The position numbers were made by a program, and so were the translations under genes. The notes beneath the pieces were generated by a model that saw nothing but the letters and a program-made list of their open reading frames with translations, made no database searches and was not told the origin of the DNA. Shown here one piece after another: positions 11,089-21,304 of a stretch of DNA of 64,000 nt. Location of the stretch: the NCBI GenBank assembly GCA_945873615.1, contig CAMCDT010000004.1, positions 10,137 through 74,136 of the forward strand, given 5' to 3'. The stretch is from Sediminibacterium ginsengisoli. GTDB lineage: Bacteria; Bacteroidota; Bacteroidia; Chitinophagales; Chitinophagaceae. Position 1 is the first letter of the stretch, and each line of letters opens with the position of its first letter.

Positions 11089-12303
11089 ATGTCACATTCA
11101 CTTTCCAACGAACAACTTGTTGCAGCAGCCAATAATTTTGGCACGCCGCTTTACGTGTATGATGCCGCCAATATTGAGGGGCAGTATAGTGCTTTAACCA
11201 CTGCTTTTGCAGGGCAGCACGTTAAGTTTTTTTACGCGAGTAAAGCACTTACCAATATTAATATTTTAAAACTGATGCTCAATATGGGTTGCGCTGTTGA
11301 TTGTAGTTCAATCAATGAAGCACACCTTGCTATCAAAGCTGGCCACGCACCTAAAAATATTTTATACACCAGTAATGGTATTCATTTTAGTGAAATTGAA
11401 ACGGCAGTGTCACTGGGTATTCATGTAAACATTGATAGCTTATCCAACCTACAAAAGTTTGGTAAAAAATATGGAGGCAGCTACCCTGTTGGTATTAGAC
11501 TGCGTCCAAACATTATGGCTGGCGGCAATTTAAAAATTTCTACAGGTCATGATAAAAGCAAGTTTGGTGTGCCACTAGAACAACTAGAGGAGTTACTTGC
11601 AATAATTGATACCTATCAAATAAATATTGCTGGATTACATATTCACACCGGTAGTGAAATCAAAGACGTGTCTGTGTTTATGAAAGTAACAGATGTGTTT
11701 TTTGATTTGGTTCCTAAATTTCCGCATTTGCAATTTTTAGATTTAGGAGGTGGATTTAAAGTGCCCTACAAAGCAGGTGATCCTTCTACCAATATTTCTG
11801 AACTAGCAGCTGAAATTAAAAAGTTTCAAGAAAAACTACAAAACACCTATGCACGTAATTTTGAATTATGGTTTGAGCCAGGAAAATACATGGTAAGTAA
11901 AGCAGGTTATTTTATTACTGAAGTAAATGTAATCAAACAAACCCCTACCATCACTTTTGCTGGCGTTAACAGCGGCTTCAACCACCTTATTAGACCTATG
12001 TTGTATGAGGCTTACCACGAAATTAAAAACCTATCCAACCCTAACGGAACTTTAGCAACCTATGATATAGTCGGTAATATTTGTGAAACAGACACATTTG
12101 CTTCTGATAGACAAATTGCAACCATATCAGAAGGCGACTTACTTGTTTTTGAAAACGCAGGCGCTTATGGCTTTGAAATGGCGAGTAATTTTAACTCCCG
12201 CTACAAGCCTGCCGAAGTGATGATACTAAAAGGCGAAGCCAAACTAATCAGACAAAGAGATACCTTTGAAGACCTTACCAGAAATCAGGTTGAAGTTTTA
12301 TAA
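11089..12303 (+). CDS. lysA: Diaminopimelate decarboxylase
   Basis: FGTPLYVYD, FYASKALTN (PLP lysine), HIHTGS, LDLGGGF, EPGKY, IVGNICETDTF, GAYG, SNFNSR. Confidence 0.97.
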   Translation: MSHSLSNEQLVAAANNFGTPLYVYDAANIEGQYSALTTAFAGQHVKFFYASKALTNINILKLMLNMGCAVDCSSINEAHLAIKAGHAPKNILYTSNGIHFSEIETAVSLGIHVNIDSLSNLQKFGKKYGGSYPVGIRLRPNIMAGGNLKISTGHDKSKFGVPLEQLEELLAIIDTYQINIAGLHIHTGSEIKDVSVFMKVTDVFFDLVPKFPHLQFLDLGGGFKVPYKAGDPSTNISELAAEIKKFQEKLQNTYARNFELWFEPGKYMVSKAGYFITEVNVIKQTPTITFAGVNSGFNHLIRPMLYEAYHEIKNLSNPNGTLATYDIVGNICETDTFASDRQIATISEGDLLVFENAGAYGFEMASNFNSRYKPAEVMILKGEAKLIRQRDTFEDLTRNQVEVL

Positions 12304-12324
12304 AAGCGTTACGCAAAAATTACC

Positions 12325-13104
12325 ATGATCGAATTAAAAAATATCAGCAAAAGTTTTGGAGAAAAACGCATCATTGAAGACATCAGTGCTACGATGATTG
12401 CTGGTAAATGTAATTTGATTATTGGAACCAGCGGTAGCGGTAAAACGGTACTTACCAAATGCATGGTAGGCCTATTTAAACCAGAAATTGGACAGATATT
12501 ATTTGGCGGCAAAGACATGCTGCTCATGGACAACAATGAGCGCAAAGAATTAAGACAGCAAATTGGCATGCTCTTTCAGGGCACTGCATTATTTGATTCA
12601 ATGACCGTAGAAGAAAATGTGTTGTTCCCGCTTAATATGTTTACCAAATGGCCCCCCGCTGAAAAGAAAAAAAGAGTAGATGAAGTTTTGGCCCGCGTTA
12701 ATTTAGTAGACGCACATAAAAAATACCCTTCCGAAATTAGTGGCGGTATGAAAAAAAGAGTGGGTATTGCGCGCGCCATTGTACTCAATCCTAAATATCT
12801 TTTTTGCGACGAGCCTAACTCTGGTCTTGATCCGCAAACCTCCATGGTAATTGACAAACTGATTCAAGAAATTACTGCTGAATTTAATATTACCACCATT
12901 GTGGTAACCCACGATATGAATAGTGTGATGGAAATTGGTGAGCATATCATGTATTTACATCAAGGAAAAAAACAGTGGGAAGGCACCAACCAAGATATTA
13001 TTTATTCCAAAGATGAGTTACTCAATAAATTCATATTTGCCTCATCGTTTTTACAAGACGCTAAACAAATGCGCATGCTAGAAGACGAGCAAGCAAAAAA
13101 ATAA
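12325..13104 (+). CDS. mlaF: ABC transporter ATP-binding protein, MlaF/Mkl family
   Basis: Walker A GTSGSGKT, signature ISGGMKKRVGIARAI, Walker B LFCDEPNSGLDP, VVTHDM. Confidence 0.85.
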   Translation: MIELKNISKSFGEKRIIEDISATMIAGKCNLIIGTSGSGKTVLTKCMVGLFKPEIGQILFGGKDMLLMDNNERKELRQQIGMLFQGTALFDSMTVEENVLFPLNMFTKWPPAEKKKRVDEVLARVNLVDAHKKYPSEISGGMKKRVGIARAIVLNPKYLFCDEPNSGLDPQTSMVIDKLIQEITAEFNITTIVVTHDMNSVMEIGEHIMYLHQGKKQWEGTNQDIIYSKDELLNKFIFASSFLQDAKQMRMLEDEQAKK

Positions 13105-13114
13105 TCTCCCCAAA

Positions 13115-13633
13115 ATGAAAAAACTAATTTCACTTTTTTTTGTAGCGATATTATTTGGCGCATCTCAAAAGGTAATAGCACAAGACAATACCACAGTAAG
13201 ACCTGATGCCCCTTATTTAACCAATAAAAATATTCCGGCATTTAGCCTTCTACTTGCCGATGGGAAAAATTTTACGCAAAACAATATTCCTACTTCAAAA
13301 TACACCATCATCATTTACTTTAGTCCTGACTGTGGACATTGTCAGCACGAGGCCACAGAAATGGTTAAAAACATAGATAGCCTGAAGCACACCTATATTG
13401 TGTGGGCCGGCAGCAGAAGCATTCCGGAGCTAAAAGCTTTTTCAGAAAAATATGGACTCATCGCCTGCCCAAATATGGTATGCGGTCAAGACCAGCAGTA
13501 TAGCATCCCCTCTTATTACCAGGTAAAATACACCCCATTTGTAGCCGTTTACGATAATCGCAAACAGTTTGTTAAAGCTTATGAAATGGGGGTCGAAATC
13601 CCGGAATTACTCAAATTAATTGGGACGCATTAA
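13115..13633 (+). CDS. Secreted thioredoxin-fold (TlpA/redoxin-like) protein
   Basis: Signal peptide, FSPDCGHC redox motif, and a cis-Pro-like YTP loop. Confidence 0.8.
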   Translation: MKKLISLFFVAILFGASQKVIAQDNTTVRPDAPYLTNKNIPAFSLLLADGKNFTQNNIPTSKYTIIIYFSPDCGHCQHEATEMVKNIDSLKHTYIVWAGSRSIPELKAFSEKYGLIACPNMVCGQDQQYSIPSYYQVKYTPFVAVYDNRKQFVKAYEMGVEIPELLKLIGTH

Positions 13634-13657
13634 GACATTATAATGGTATTCTATACG

Positions 13658-13665
13658 TACCTTTG
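13658..13665 (+). promoter_or_regulatory. -7 promoter element (TACCTTTG) for mdh
   Basis: Exact TAnnTTTG, 37 nt upstream of the ATG at 13703. Confidence 0.7.
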
Positions 13666-13702
13666 CGCCTGAAAATAACATTCACCTTTTAATACATTGT
13701 AT

Positions 13703-14632
13703 ATGAAAATTACGGTAGTGGGCGCTGGAGCAGTAGGTGCAACCTGTGCAGACAATATTGCGCGCAAAGAATTAGCAAGCGAACTTGTTTTATTAGACAT
13801 CAAAGAAGGTTTTGCAGAAGGCAAAGCACAAGACATGATGCAAACAGCTGCATTGCTTGGTTTTGATACTAGAATTTCTGGTAGCACCAACGATTATACT
13901 AAAACAGCAAACTCTGATGTTGTAGTAATCACATCTGGTTTACCACGCAAACCAGGTATGACCCGCGAAGAATTAATTGGCACCAACGCAGGTATCGTAA
14001 AAGGTGTTTGTGAAAACATTTTAAAGCACTCTCCTAACGCCATCATTATTGTGATCAGTAACCCAATGGACACCATGACCTACTTGGCATTACAATCTAC
14101 AGGTTTACCTAAAAACAGAATTATTGGTATGGGTGGAACACTTGATAGCGCTCGTTTCAAATATCAATTAAGCACTACACTTGATTGTAGCCCTGCCGAT
14201 TTAAACGCACTTGTTGTGGGTGGTCATGGCGATACAACGATGATTCCTTTAATCAAGCATGCTACATGGAATAGTATTCCAGTAACTAAGTTTTTATCTG
14301 AAGAGCAACAAGAAAAAATTATAGCTGACACTATGGTTGGCGGTGCAACGCTCACTAAATTATTAGGAACATCTGCGTGGTATGCGCCAGGTGCTGCCGG
14401 TGCTGCATTAGTTGAAAGCATTGTTCGTGATGAGAAAAAATTATTTACATGTTGCGTAAGCCTTAATGGCGAATATGGTCAGAACGATATTTGCTTAGGC
14501 GTTCCTGTTGTAATTGGCAAGAATGGCTGGGAAAAAATTGTTGACATGGATCTTTCTGCAGACGAGCAAGCAGCTTTTAACAAAAGCGCAGATGCTGTTA
14601 GAAGCATGAACGACGTTCTAAAAACTTTATAA
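13703..14632 (+). CDS. mdh: Malate dehydrogenase (LDH-like)
   Basis: KITVVGAGAVG, TSGLPRKPGMTREELI, ISNPMD, GGTLDSARF, GGHGDTTM, SAWYAPG. Start set at ATG 13703. Confidence 0.97.
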   Translation: MKITVVGAGAVGATCADNIARKELASELVLLDIKEGFAEGKAQDMMQTAALLGFDTRISGSTNDYTKTANSDVVVITSGLPRKPGMTREELIGTNAGIVKGVCENILKHSPNAIIIVISNPMDTMTYLALQSTGLPKNRIIGMGGTLDSARFKYQLSTTLDCSPADLNALVVGGHGDTTMIPLIKHATWNSIPVTKFLSEEQQEKIIADTMVGGATLTKLLGTSAWYAPGAAGAALVESIVRDEKKLFTCCVSLNGEYGQNDICLGVPVVIGKNGWEKIVDMDLSADEQAAFNKSADAVRSMNDVLKTL

Positions 14633-15637
14633 ATATTTTTCTACGGCTGCTGCAATCGCAGTAGTGTCTTGTAGCATCATACAATTAAAATGCCCTTTGG
14701 GGCATTTTTTTGTGCCAAAATTGGAACAGGGCTGGCAGGTCAAATGTGGTACTATAAAGTTTTGATACGGTGGCATGCTTAACCCCATTGCAGCAAGGCT
14801 CATCTCGCCATAATAAGGCTCTACCTGCAACATTGGTGACGTGGAGCCCCAAATGGCTAGCACGGGCTTGTTAAAGGCACAAGCAATGTATTGTAACCCC
14901 GTATCATGAGAAATAACCATTCTCGATTTTTGAACAATACTTGCAGATTCATTTAAGCTAAACTTTCCGCAAGCATTATAAATTTTAATAGGGTCAATTG
15001 CGGCCACTGCATCCCCTTCTTTGGCGTCTTCTGGTCCACCCACTAACACAATGGGAAAATTAATTTTTTTACAAAGCTGCTGTAGCTTTAGAAGCGGTAG
15101 TTTTTTGGTAGCATAAGATGCGCCAATAACAAGCGCCACATAACCGGCGCTATGCGCCGTAGGTAAATCCTCTGCTTTAATATGATCCTCGGGAGCAATA
15201 AAATAATCGAGGCCTTTGCCATCATTTTGGACACCAAGTGGTGTGAGTGTGTCGATACACCTGTCTACAATATGACGATTAGGGATTTTATTTTTGATGC
15301 CAAGCTTTGTTAAAAAGAACTTGTGAAGGCTCAATTTTTTATAGGTTAAAGCGGGCACTTTAAGCGCTGTTTTAATGCGCCAGGTTCTAAAGTTTTTATG
15401 TAAATCTATAATCCAATCAAAGTTTTGCGCTTTTAATGCTGCAATGGTTTCATTTAAATCATCTTTTAAATAATGAAACTGCGAAATGTATGGATTATGC
15501 AGTGTTACGGGTTTAAAACTTTCTTTGGTTAAAAAATGAATTTCAGCATCCGGCACCTGCTGTTTTAAACAACGAATAGCAGCCGTTGTTAAAACGATAT
15601 CACCAATGGAAGAAAAGCGGATTACTAAAAATTTCAT
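14627..15637 (-). CDS. Glycosyltransferase family 9 (heptosyltransferase-like)
   Basis: MKFLVIRFSSIGDIVLT, DWIIDLH, ISHDTGLQYIA, CQPCS...CPKGHFNCM. Start moved to 15637 because the upstream extension overlaps the MFS gene. Confidence 0.92.
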   Translation of the reverse strand: MKFLVIRFSSIGDIVLTTAAIRCLKQQVPDAEIHFLTKESFKPVTLHNPYISQFHYLKDDLNETIAALKAQNFDWIIDLHKNFRTWRIKTALKVPALTYKKLSLHKFFLTKLGIKNKIPNRHIVDRCIDTLTPLGVQNDGKGLDYFIAPEDHIKAEDLPTAHSAGYVALVIGASYATKKLPLLKLQQLCKKINFPIVLVGGPEDAKEGDAVAAIDPIKIYNACGKFSLNESASIVQKSRMVISHDTGLQYIACAFNKPVLAIWGSTSPMLQVEPYYGEMSLAAMGLSMPPYQNFIVPHLTCQPCSNFGTKKCPKGHFNCMMLQDTTAIAAAVEKYL

Positions 15638-15653
15638 TTGGGGGAATATTATA

Positions 15654-16895
15654 TTAGTCCAGTTCCATATAATCCAAATCTTTATGGAATGTTTCTTCGG
15701 TAAAAGCATAGGCGATAAAGGCAATACTCATAACAATTACACCAGTAACAATCCCGCTATATACAATGGACCAGTGCCAAGACTTTTGAAACAAATCCAA
15801 AAATAGCATATTCATTAAAGGAAGTGAGCCGCGCACCATATTAGGAATGGTAGTAGCTGCTGTTGCACGTAAATTGGTTCCAAACTGCTCGGCACCCATG
15901 GTAACAAAGATGGCCCAAAAGCCAGTACTAAAACCAAGCCATCCGGCCACCAAATACATGGTGGTATCGGAGTTGTTGTAATTACTATAATAAAATAATA
16001 AGCCAAGCATGGTAAGGCCATAAAATAAAAGGAGCGCTTTTTTACGACTCTTAAAATACTGACTTACAAGGCCAATTAAAATATCACCAACGGCGATACC
16101 TACATAACCAAACATGATGGCTCTACCAGAATCGATGGTGGTGCTATTAAACATGGCTTTACCAAAACGATCACTTTGGTTGAGTAATATTCCAATCACA
16201 TACCAGGTAGGTAACCCAATTAAAATCGCAACAAAATATTTTTTAAAGCGCTTGCCATTATTAATGAGCATGAAAAAATTACCTTTCACAACTTCCGAAG
16301 CTTTTGCAGTAGCAAACATACCAGACTCTGCAACCTTAACACGGAGTAATAATAAACAAATACCAAGCACACCTCCTATTTTATAACATAGGCGCCAGTC
16401 TTGCGTGTACTGATATGTATAGTAAGCAGCCACCGCACCAAAAAGTCCAATGCCGGCCACTAGAGACGTACCTACCCCTCTTTTATTTTTAGGAAGGAGT
16501 TCACTTACAAGTGTGATGCCTGCACCAAGCTCACCGGCAAGGCCAAGGCCACCAATAAATCTAGCCCATGCATACTGGTCAACAGTGGTTACAAACCCTG
16601 TTGCAAAATTTGCGGTAGAATATAAAATGATAGAACCAAAAAGCACACTTAACCTTCCTTTTTTATCGGCAAGCACACCCCAAATAATGCCCCCTAATAA
16701 AAGGCCTGTCATTTGCCAATTAATTACACGCGTACTATCTACAAGCATTGTGGCTTCTGTAGCACCCACGCCTAGCATACTTGTTTTTTTAACAATCGTA
16801 AATAATAGTAAATCGTAGATGTCTACAAAATAACCTAGCGCCGCCACAATTACTGGAAGCGAAAAAATAGATATCTTTTTTTCTGTTACGTCCAT
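15654..16895 (-). CDS. MFS transporter
   Basis: About 12 hydrophobic segments; GYFVDIYDL, GVLADKKGR (motif A), GLAGELG, AEQFGTNLRATA. Confidence 0.92.
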   Translation of the reverse strand: MDVTEKKISIFSLPVIVAALGYFVDIYDLLLFTIVKKTSMLGVGATEATMLVDSTRVINWQMTGLLLGGIIWGVLADKKGRLSVLFGSIILYSTANFATGFVTTVDQYAWARFIGGLGLAGELGAGITLVSELLPKNKRGVGTSLVAGIGLFGAVAAYYTYQYTQDWRLCYKIGGVLGICLLLLRVKVAESGMFATAKASEVVKGNFFMLINNGKRFKKYFVAILIGLPTWYVIGILLNQSDRFGKAMFNSTTIDSGRAIMFGYVGIAVGDILIGLVSQYFKSRKKALLLFYGLTMLGLLFYYSNYNNSDTTMYLVAGWLGFSTGFWAIFVTMGAEQFGTNLRATAATTIPNMVRGSLPLMNMLFLDLFQKSWHWSIVYSGIVTGVIVMSIAFIAYAFTEETFHKDLDYMELD

Positions 16896-16897
16896 AA

Positions 16898-17569
16898 CTA
16901 CGCTTTCTTAGATTTTCCAAAAAATAGCTTAATAATAACAGGTGCTGTTGTAAAAAATACAATGCCGAGTACAATGACTTCTAAATGATTTTTTAAATCA
17001 AAACCAAACTCACTCAAAATCCATTTCTGTAAAAAGTGACCAGAAAATAACATACTAAATACCCAAGCAATAGACCCAATAACGTTGAAGCTGACAAACT
17101 TTTTTTGATTCATCCCTACAATGCCAGCAACAATGGGCGCAAAGGTTCTTACAATTGGGATAAACCTAGCTACAATGATAGCGCCACCGCCGTGTTTATC
17201 GTAAAACTCTTGTGCTTGAACTAAATATTTTCTTTTAAACAATAAATTTTCTTTCCAGCTAAACATAGCAGGTCCAACTTTTTTACCAAACCAATAACCC
17301 GTTGCATTACCTGCAATACCTGCAGCTGCAATAAGGCTCATGAGTAAAAACAAATCAGTAAACTCATTGCCTGTCGACCAAAGTTGAGCTGCTAAATTGG
17401 TGCTATAAATACCTGCTACAAAAAGTAAACTATCGCCTGGTAAAAAAAATCCTGCAAAGAGTCCTGTTTCAGCAAATACCACTAATAAAATAAGCCAAAG
17501 CCCACCATGCTCAATATAAAACTGTGGCTGCAATAATTGACTCCAATGAAAAGCATCTAATAAGAACAT
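16898..17569 (-). CDS. dedA: DedA family membrane protein
   Basis: VFAETGLFAGFFLPGDSLLFVAG, ARFIPIVRTFAPIVAG. Confidence 0.93.
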   Translation of the reverse strand: MFLLDAFHWSQLLQPQFYIEHGGLWLILLVVFAETGLFAGFFLPGDSLLFVAGIYSTNLAAQLWSTGNEFTDLFLLMSLIAAAGIAGNATGYWFGKKVGPAMFSWKENLLFKRKYLVQAQEFYDKHGGGAIIVARFIPIVRTFAPIVAGIVGMNQKKFVSFNVIGSIAWVFSMLFSGHFLQKWILSEFGFDLKNHLEVIVLGIVFFTTAPVIIKLFFGKSKKA

Positions 17570-17590
17570 GGTAATATTTTTATCTTTTAG

Positions 17591-18844
17591 TTACGCTACA
17601 ACTTCTGTTGGATTTTCTAAGGAACCCTCCCACTTGCTAACTGCACTTGTTGCAAGCGCATTACCTAATACGTTGGTAGCGGTTCTAAACATGTCACAAA
17701 AATGATCGATCGGTAAAATAAGTGCAATACCTTCTGGCGGAATATTAAACATGGCACAGGTAGCTGTAACCACCACAAGTGATGCACGAGGTACGCCAGC
17801 AATACCTTTACTGGTAAGCATGAGTACAATTAACATGGTTAGCTGCGTACCAATATCGATATGAATACCATAGGCCTGCGCAATTGCAAGGCTTGCAAAT
17901 GTCATATACATCATACTGCCATCTAAATTAAAAGAGTAACCAAGCGGTAATATGAAAGAAACAATTTTGTCTTTACAACCAAATTTTTCGAGCTCTTCAG
18001 TAAGCTTAGGAAATACCGCTTCGCTACTGGTGGTACTAAATGCAATGATAAGCGGCGGGAAAATGGCTTTTAATAAACCTGGCAAACGCTTGCCTAAAAT
18101 TAAAAACCCAACCAATAAAAGCACCGCCCACAAAGTTGCGATACCCATAATAAAATAGAGTAGATATTTTCCGTAAAAAACAAATACGTCAAGTCCTTTG
18201 GTAGCGATTACTGCAGCAATGGCACCAAACACACCAAGTGGCGCAAAATTCATGACGTAACCAACCATTTTTAAAATCACATGTGCTACAGCGTCTAGTG
18301 CTTTAACCACAACGTTTGCTTTTTCACCCATTGAAGCGGTGGCCACACCAAAAAAGATACTAAAAATAACAAGTTGTAAAATTTCGTTATTGGCCATGGC
18401 GTCAACAACGCTTTTAGGAAACACGTGTTCTATAAATTTTTGTATGCTAAACTCCTGCGTTTTGCCCACAAGGTCTTGCGCGCCACTCATATCAGCATTG
18501 CTTAAATTTATACCCGCACCTGGCTGAAATACATTTACCAGCACAAGTCCAATGAGTAAACTAACGAGTGAGGCAGTTAAAAACCATAATAGTGCTTTAG
18601 CCCCTACGCGTCCTACCGTTTTTAAATCACCGAGCTTGGCAATACCCACAACAAGGGTAGAAAACACAAGTGGCGCAATAATCATTTGAACCAGCCTTAA
18701 AAATATAGTGGTTAGTAGCTTTAAATTTTTAGAGAAAGATTGAATAAACGCAGGCTCACTATTTTGATGTACAAAATAACCAAGAATGACCCCTGCTATC
18801 ATTGCAATAACAATGTAGAGGGTTAATTTATTAGATTTTTTCAT
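17591..18844 (-). CDS. Dicarboxylate/amino acid:cation symporter (DAACS, GltP/DctA-like)
   Basis: FLRLVQMIIAPLVFSTLVVGIA, AFSTTSSEA, PLGYSFNLDG, SKGIAGVPRAS, DMFRTATNVLGN. Confidence 0.95.
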   Translation of the reverse strand: MKKSNKLTLYIVIAMIAGVILGYFVHQNSEPAFIQSFSKNLKLLTTIFLRLVQMIIAPLVFSTLVVGIAKLGDLKTVGRVGAKALLWFLTASLVSLLIGLVLVNVFQPGAGINLSNADMSGAQDLVGKTQEFSIQKFIEHVFPKSVVDAMANNEILQLVIFSIFFGVATASMGEKANVVVKALDAVAHVILKMVGYVMNFAPLGVFGAIAAVIATKGLDVFVFYGKYLLYFIMGIATLWAVLLLVGFLILGKRLPGLLKAIFPPLIIAFSTTSSEAVFPKLTEELEKFGCKDKIVSFILPLGYSFNLDGSMMYMTFASLAIAQAYGIHIDIGTQLTMLIVLMLTSKGIAGVPRASLVVVTATCAMFNIPPEGIALILPIDHFCDMFRTATNVLGNALATSAVSKWEGSLENPTEVVA

Positions 18845-18989
18845 AAGGTATATAAGTATTGCAATATAAGACTTAAGTACTAAAAAAAGGCAGGCGGCCG
18901 GTTCATGATTTTTGTAAAAAACAAGGGTGATTTTGAGAAAAAAGTACTATTTTCCGACATCAATTGATTAGTAATCAAACCCAAAAATT

Positions 18990-20480
18990 ATGAGTTTATT
19001 CAGAAAAAAGGATTTGTCTTTAATGCTAGCACAAGCAGAAGATGGTGGTAAGGGCCTTAAACGCACCCTAGGTGCAGGTAACCTTGTTGCTTTAGGCGTT
19101 GGTGCTATTATTGGAGCAGGTTTATTTGTGAGAACAGCTGCCGCTGCTGGACAAGCTGCGGGACCAGCCGTTACATTATCATTTATCATTGCAGCCATTG
19201 GTTGTGCTTTTGCAGGTTTATGTTACGCAGAATTTGCTGCCATGATTCCTATATCAGGTAGTGCATATGCTTATTCTTATGTAACTATGGGAGAAACGGT
19301 TGCATGGATTATTGGTTGGGCTTTAATTATGGAATATGCATTAGGAGCTGCTACTGTTTCTATTGCTTGGAGTGAATATTTAAACAAGCTGTTAGGAGGA
19401 GGCATACCTTACGAATGGAGCCACTCTCCCTTTGAAAGCATCACTGATACAGCAGGTGTAGTACACCATGGTATCATGAATGCTCCATCTCTAGTGATTT
19501 TATTGTTACTTACCCTTTTACTTATTAAAGGAACGCAAGAATCTGCAATTGTAAATGCGATTATCGTATTTATTAAAGTAGCTATTGTAATTATATTTAT
19601 TGTTTTAGGTTGGCAGTTTATTAAACCTGAAAACCATACCCCTTATTTTATTCCTGCCGATCAGCCTCCATTACTTGATGCTTCAGGTAAAATAGTTGCC
19701 GATTACTCAGGCGTGTTCAAGCATGGTTGGGGTGGCGTATTAGGTGGTGCAGCTATTGTGTTTTTTGCCTTTATTGGTTTTGACGCGGTATCTACTGCAG
19801 CTCAAGAAGCAAAAAATCCTAAAAGAGATATGCCTATTGGAATTTTAGGATCACTTGTAGTATGTACTATTTTATACATTTTATTTGGTCATGTATTAAC
19901 GGGTGTTGCAAATTGGAAAGACTTTGTGGATCCTTTAAAAGGTCGTGAAGCTTCTGTTGCCTATGCAATTTCAAATTATATGACTGGCTACGGATGGTTG
20001 GCTACAGCTGTAACCGTTGCAATTTTAGCGGGTTTTAGCTCGGTAATTTTAGTGATGTTAATGGGTCAATCTCGTGTGTTCTTTTCAATGGCAAACGATG
20101 GCTTATTACCTAAAGTATTCTCTGACCTTCACCCTAAATACCGCACGCCATACAAATCTAACTGGATCTTATTTGCATTTGTAGGGGGTTTTGCTGCTTT
20201 TGTACCAGGAAGTGTTGCCGGTGATTTAACAAGTTTTGGAACTCTATTTGCCTTCGTACTTGTAAGTGCGGGCATATGGATATTACGTGTTAAGTCTCCA
20301 GAAATGGAAAGGCCATTTAAAACGCCATTAGTACCACTCGTTCCAATTTTAGGTGCTGTTATATGCCTAGCTATGATTTTTGCACTTGATGCACAAACAC
20401 TAAAAGTAGCATTTGGCTGGATGATTTTAGGCCTAGTTGTATACTTTGTATACAGCCGCAAACACAGTAAGTTAAATTAA
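18990..20480 (+). CDS. APC-family amino acid permease
   Basis: LKRTLG, GAIIGAGLF, GLCYAEFAAMIPISGSAYAY, FFAFIGFDAVSTAAQEAKNP, RPFKTP. Confidence 0.95.
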   Translation: MSLFRKKDLSLMLAQAEDGGKGLKRTLGAGNLVALGVGAIIGAGLFVRTAAAAGQAAGPAVTLSFIIAAIGCAFAGLCYAEFAAMIPISGSAYAYSYVTMGETVAWIIGWALIMEYALGAATVSIAWSEYLNKLLGGGIPYEWSHSPFESITDTAGVVHHGIMNAPSLVILLLLTLLLIKGTQESAIVNAIIVFIKVAIVIIFIVLGWQFIKPENHTPYFIPADQPPLLDASGKIVADYSGVFKHGWGGVLGGAAIVFFAFIGFDAVSTAAQEAKNPKRDMPIGILGSLVVCTILYILFGHVLTGVANWKDFVDPLKGREASVAYAISNYMTGYGWLATAVTVAILAGFSSVILVMLMGQSRVFFSMANDGLLPKVFSDLHPKYRTPYKSNWILFAFVGGFAAFVPGSVAGDLTSFGTLFAFVLVSAGIWILRVKSPEMERPFKTPLVPLVPILGAVICLAMIFALDAQTLKVAFGWMILGLVVYFVYSRKHSKLN

Positions 20481-20498
20481 CCCTTTACTTATATAATT

Positions 20499-20535
20499 AA
20501 AAAAAATAGTCCCGACCTTCGGGACTATTTTTTTT
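20499..20535. terminator. Intrinsic (likely bidirectional) terminator after the permease
   Basis: Perfect inverted repeat AAAAAAAATAGTCCCGA-cct-TCGGGACTATTTTTTTT. Confidence 0.9.
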
Positions 20536-20539
20536 GCCG

Positions 20540-20547
20540 TATTTTCG
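20540..20547 (+). promoter_or_regulatory. -7-like element (TATTTTCG) for the YebC-family gene
   Basis: One-mismatch variant just after the terminator, 19 nt before the ATG. Confidence 0.45.
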
Positions 20548-20566
20548 CATCTCTTAAACAATCATT

Positions 20567-21289
20567 ATGGGAAGGATTTTTGAAGTTCGTAAAGCAACCA
20601 TGTTCAAGCGTTTTGACCGCATGGCAAAACAATTTACCCGCATCGGTAAAGAAATTGTAATCGCAGTTAAATCAGGCGGCCCCAACCCCGATGATAACCC
20701 TGCTTTAAGAAGATGCTATCAAAATGCCCGTAGTGCTGGTATGCCCAAAGACAGAGTGGAAGCCGCTATTAAGCGTGCAATGGGCAAAGACACTTCTAAC
20801 TACGAAGAAATCCTTTATGAAGGCTACGCACCTCATGGTGTGGCCTTACTTGTTGAAACAGCAACTGACAACCACGTAAGAACCGTTGCCAATGTAAAAA
20901 GTCATTTTAATAAAGGTGGTGGCGCGATGGGTAATAGCGGAAGCGTAAGTTTTCAATTTAAAAAAATGGGTGTGTTTAAATTAAATCCAGAAGGCATAGT
21001 GATGGACGATTTAGAATTAGAACTTATAGATCACGGCCTTGATGAACTTGGAGATAGCAACGACGATAATGGCAATCCAATTATTGTTTTAAGATGTGCG
21101 TTTACTGATTTTGGTAATTTGCAAAAAGAATTAGAAGCTAAAAAATTAAACGTTATCAGCGCCGAGTTTGAATGGATTCCATCAACAACGGTACCCGTAA
21201 CGGATGAACAAGCAGAAGACATTAGTAAACTTATTGAGCGTTTAGAAGAAGACGAAGACGTGAATAAGGTTTTCCATAATATGGGATAA
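20567..21289 (+). CDS. YebC/PmpR family protein
   Basis: MGRIFE...K...[63 protein letters not shown]. Confidence 0.95.
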   Translation: MGRIFEVRKATMFKRFDRMAKQFTRIGKEIVIAVKSGGPNPDDNPALRRCYQNARSAGMPKDRVEAAIKRAMGKDTSNYEEILYEGYAPHGVALLVETATDNHVRTVANVKSHFNKGGGAMGNSGSVSFQFKKMGVFKLNPEGIVMDDLELELIDHGLDELGDSNDDNGNPIIVLRCAFTDFGNLQKELEAKKLNVISAEFEWIPSTTVPVTDEQAEDISKLIERLEEDEDVNKVFHNMG

Positions 21290-21304
21290 AATATTTACCC
21301 AATT

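Noticed and set aside
13320-13350. CGHCQH in the 13115 protein as a heme-binding motif
   Set aside because: It reads CxxC-Q-H, not CxxCH, and sits in a thioredoxin fold as the redox dithiol.
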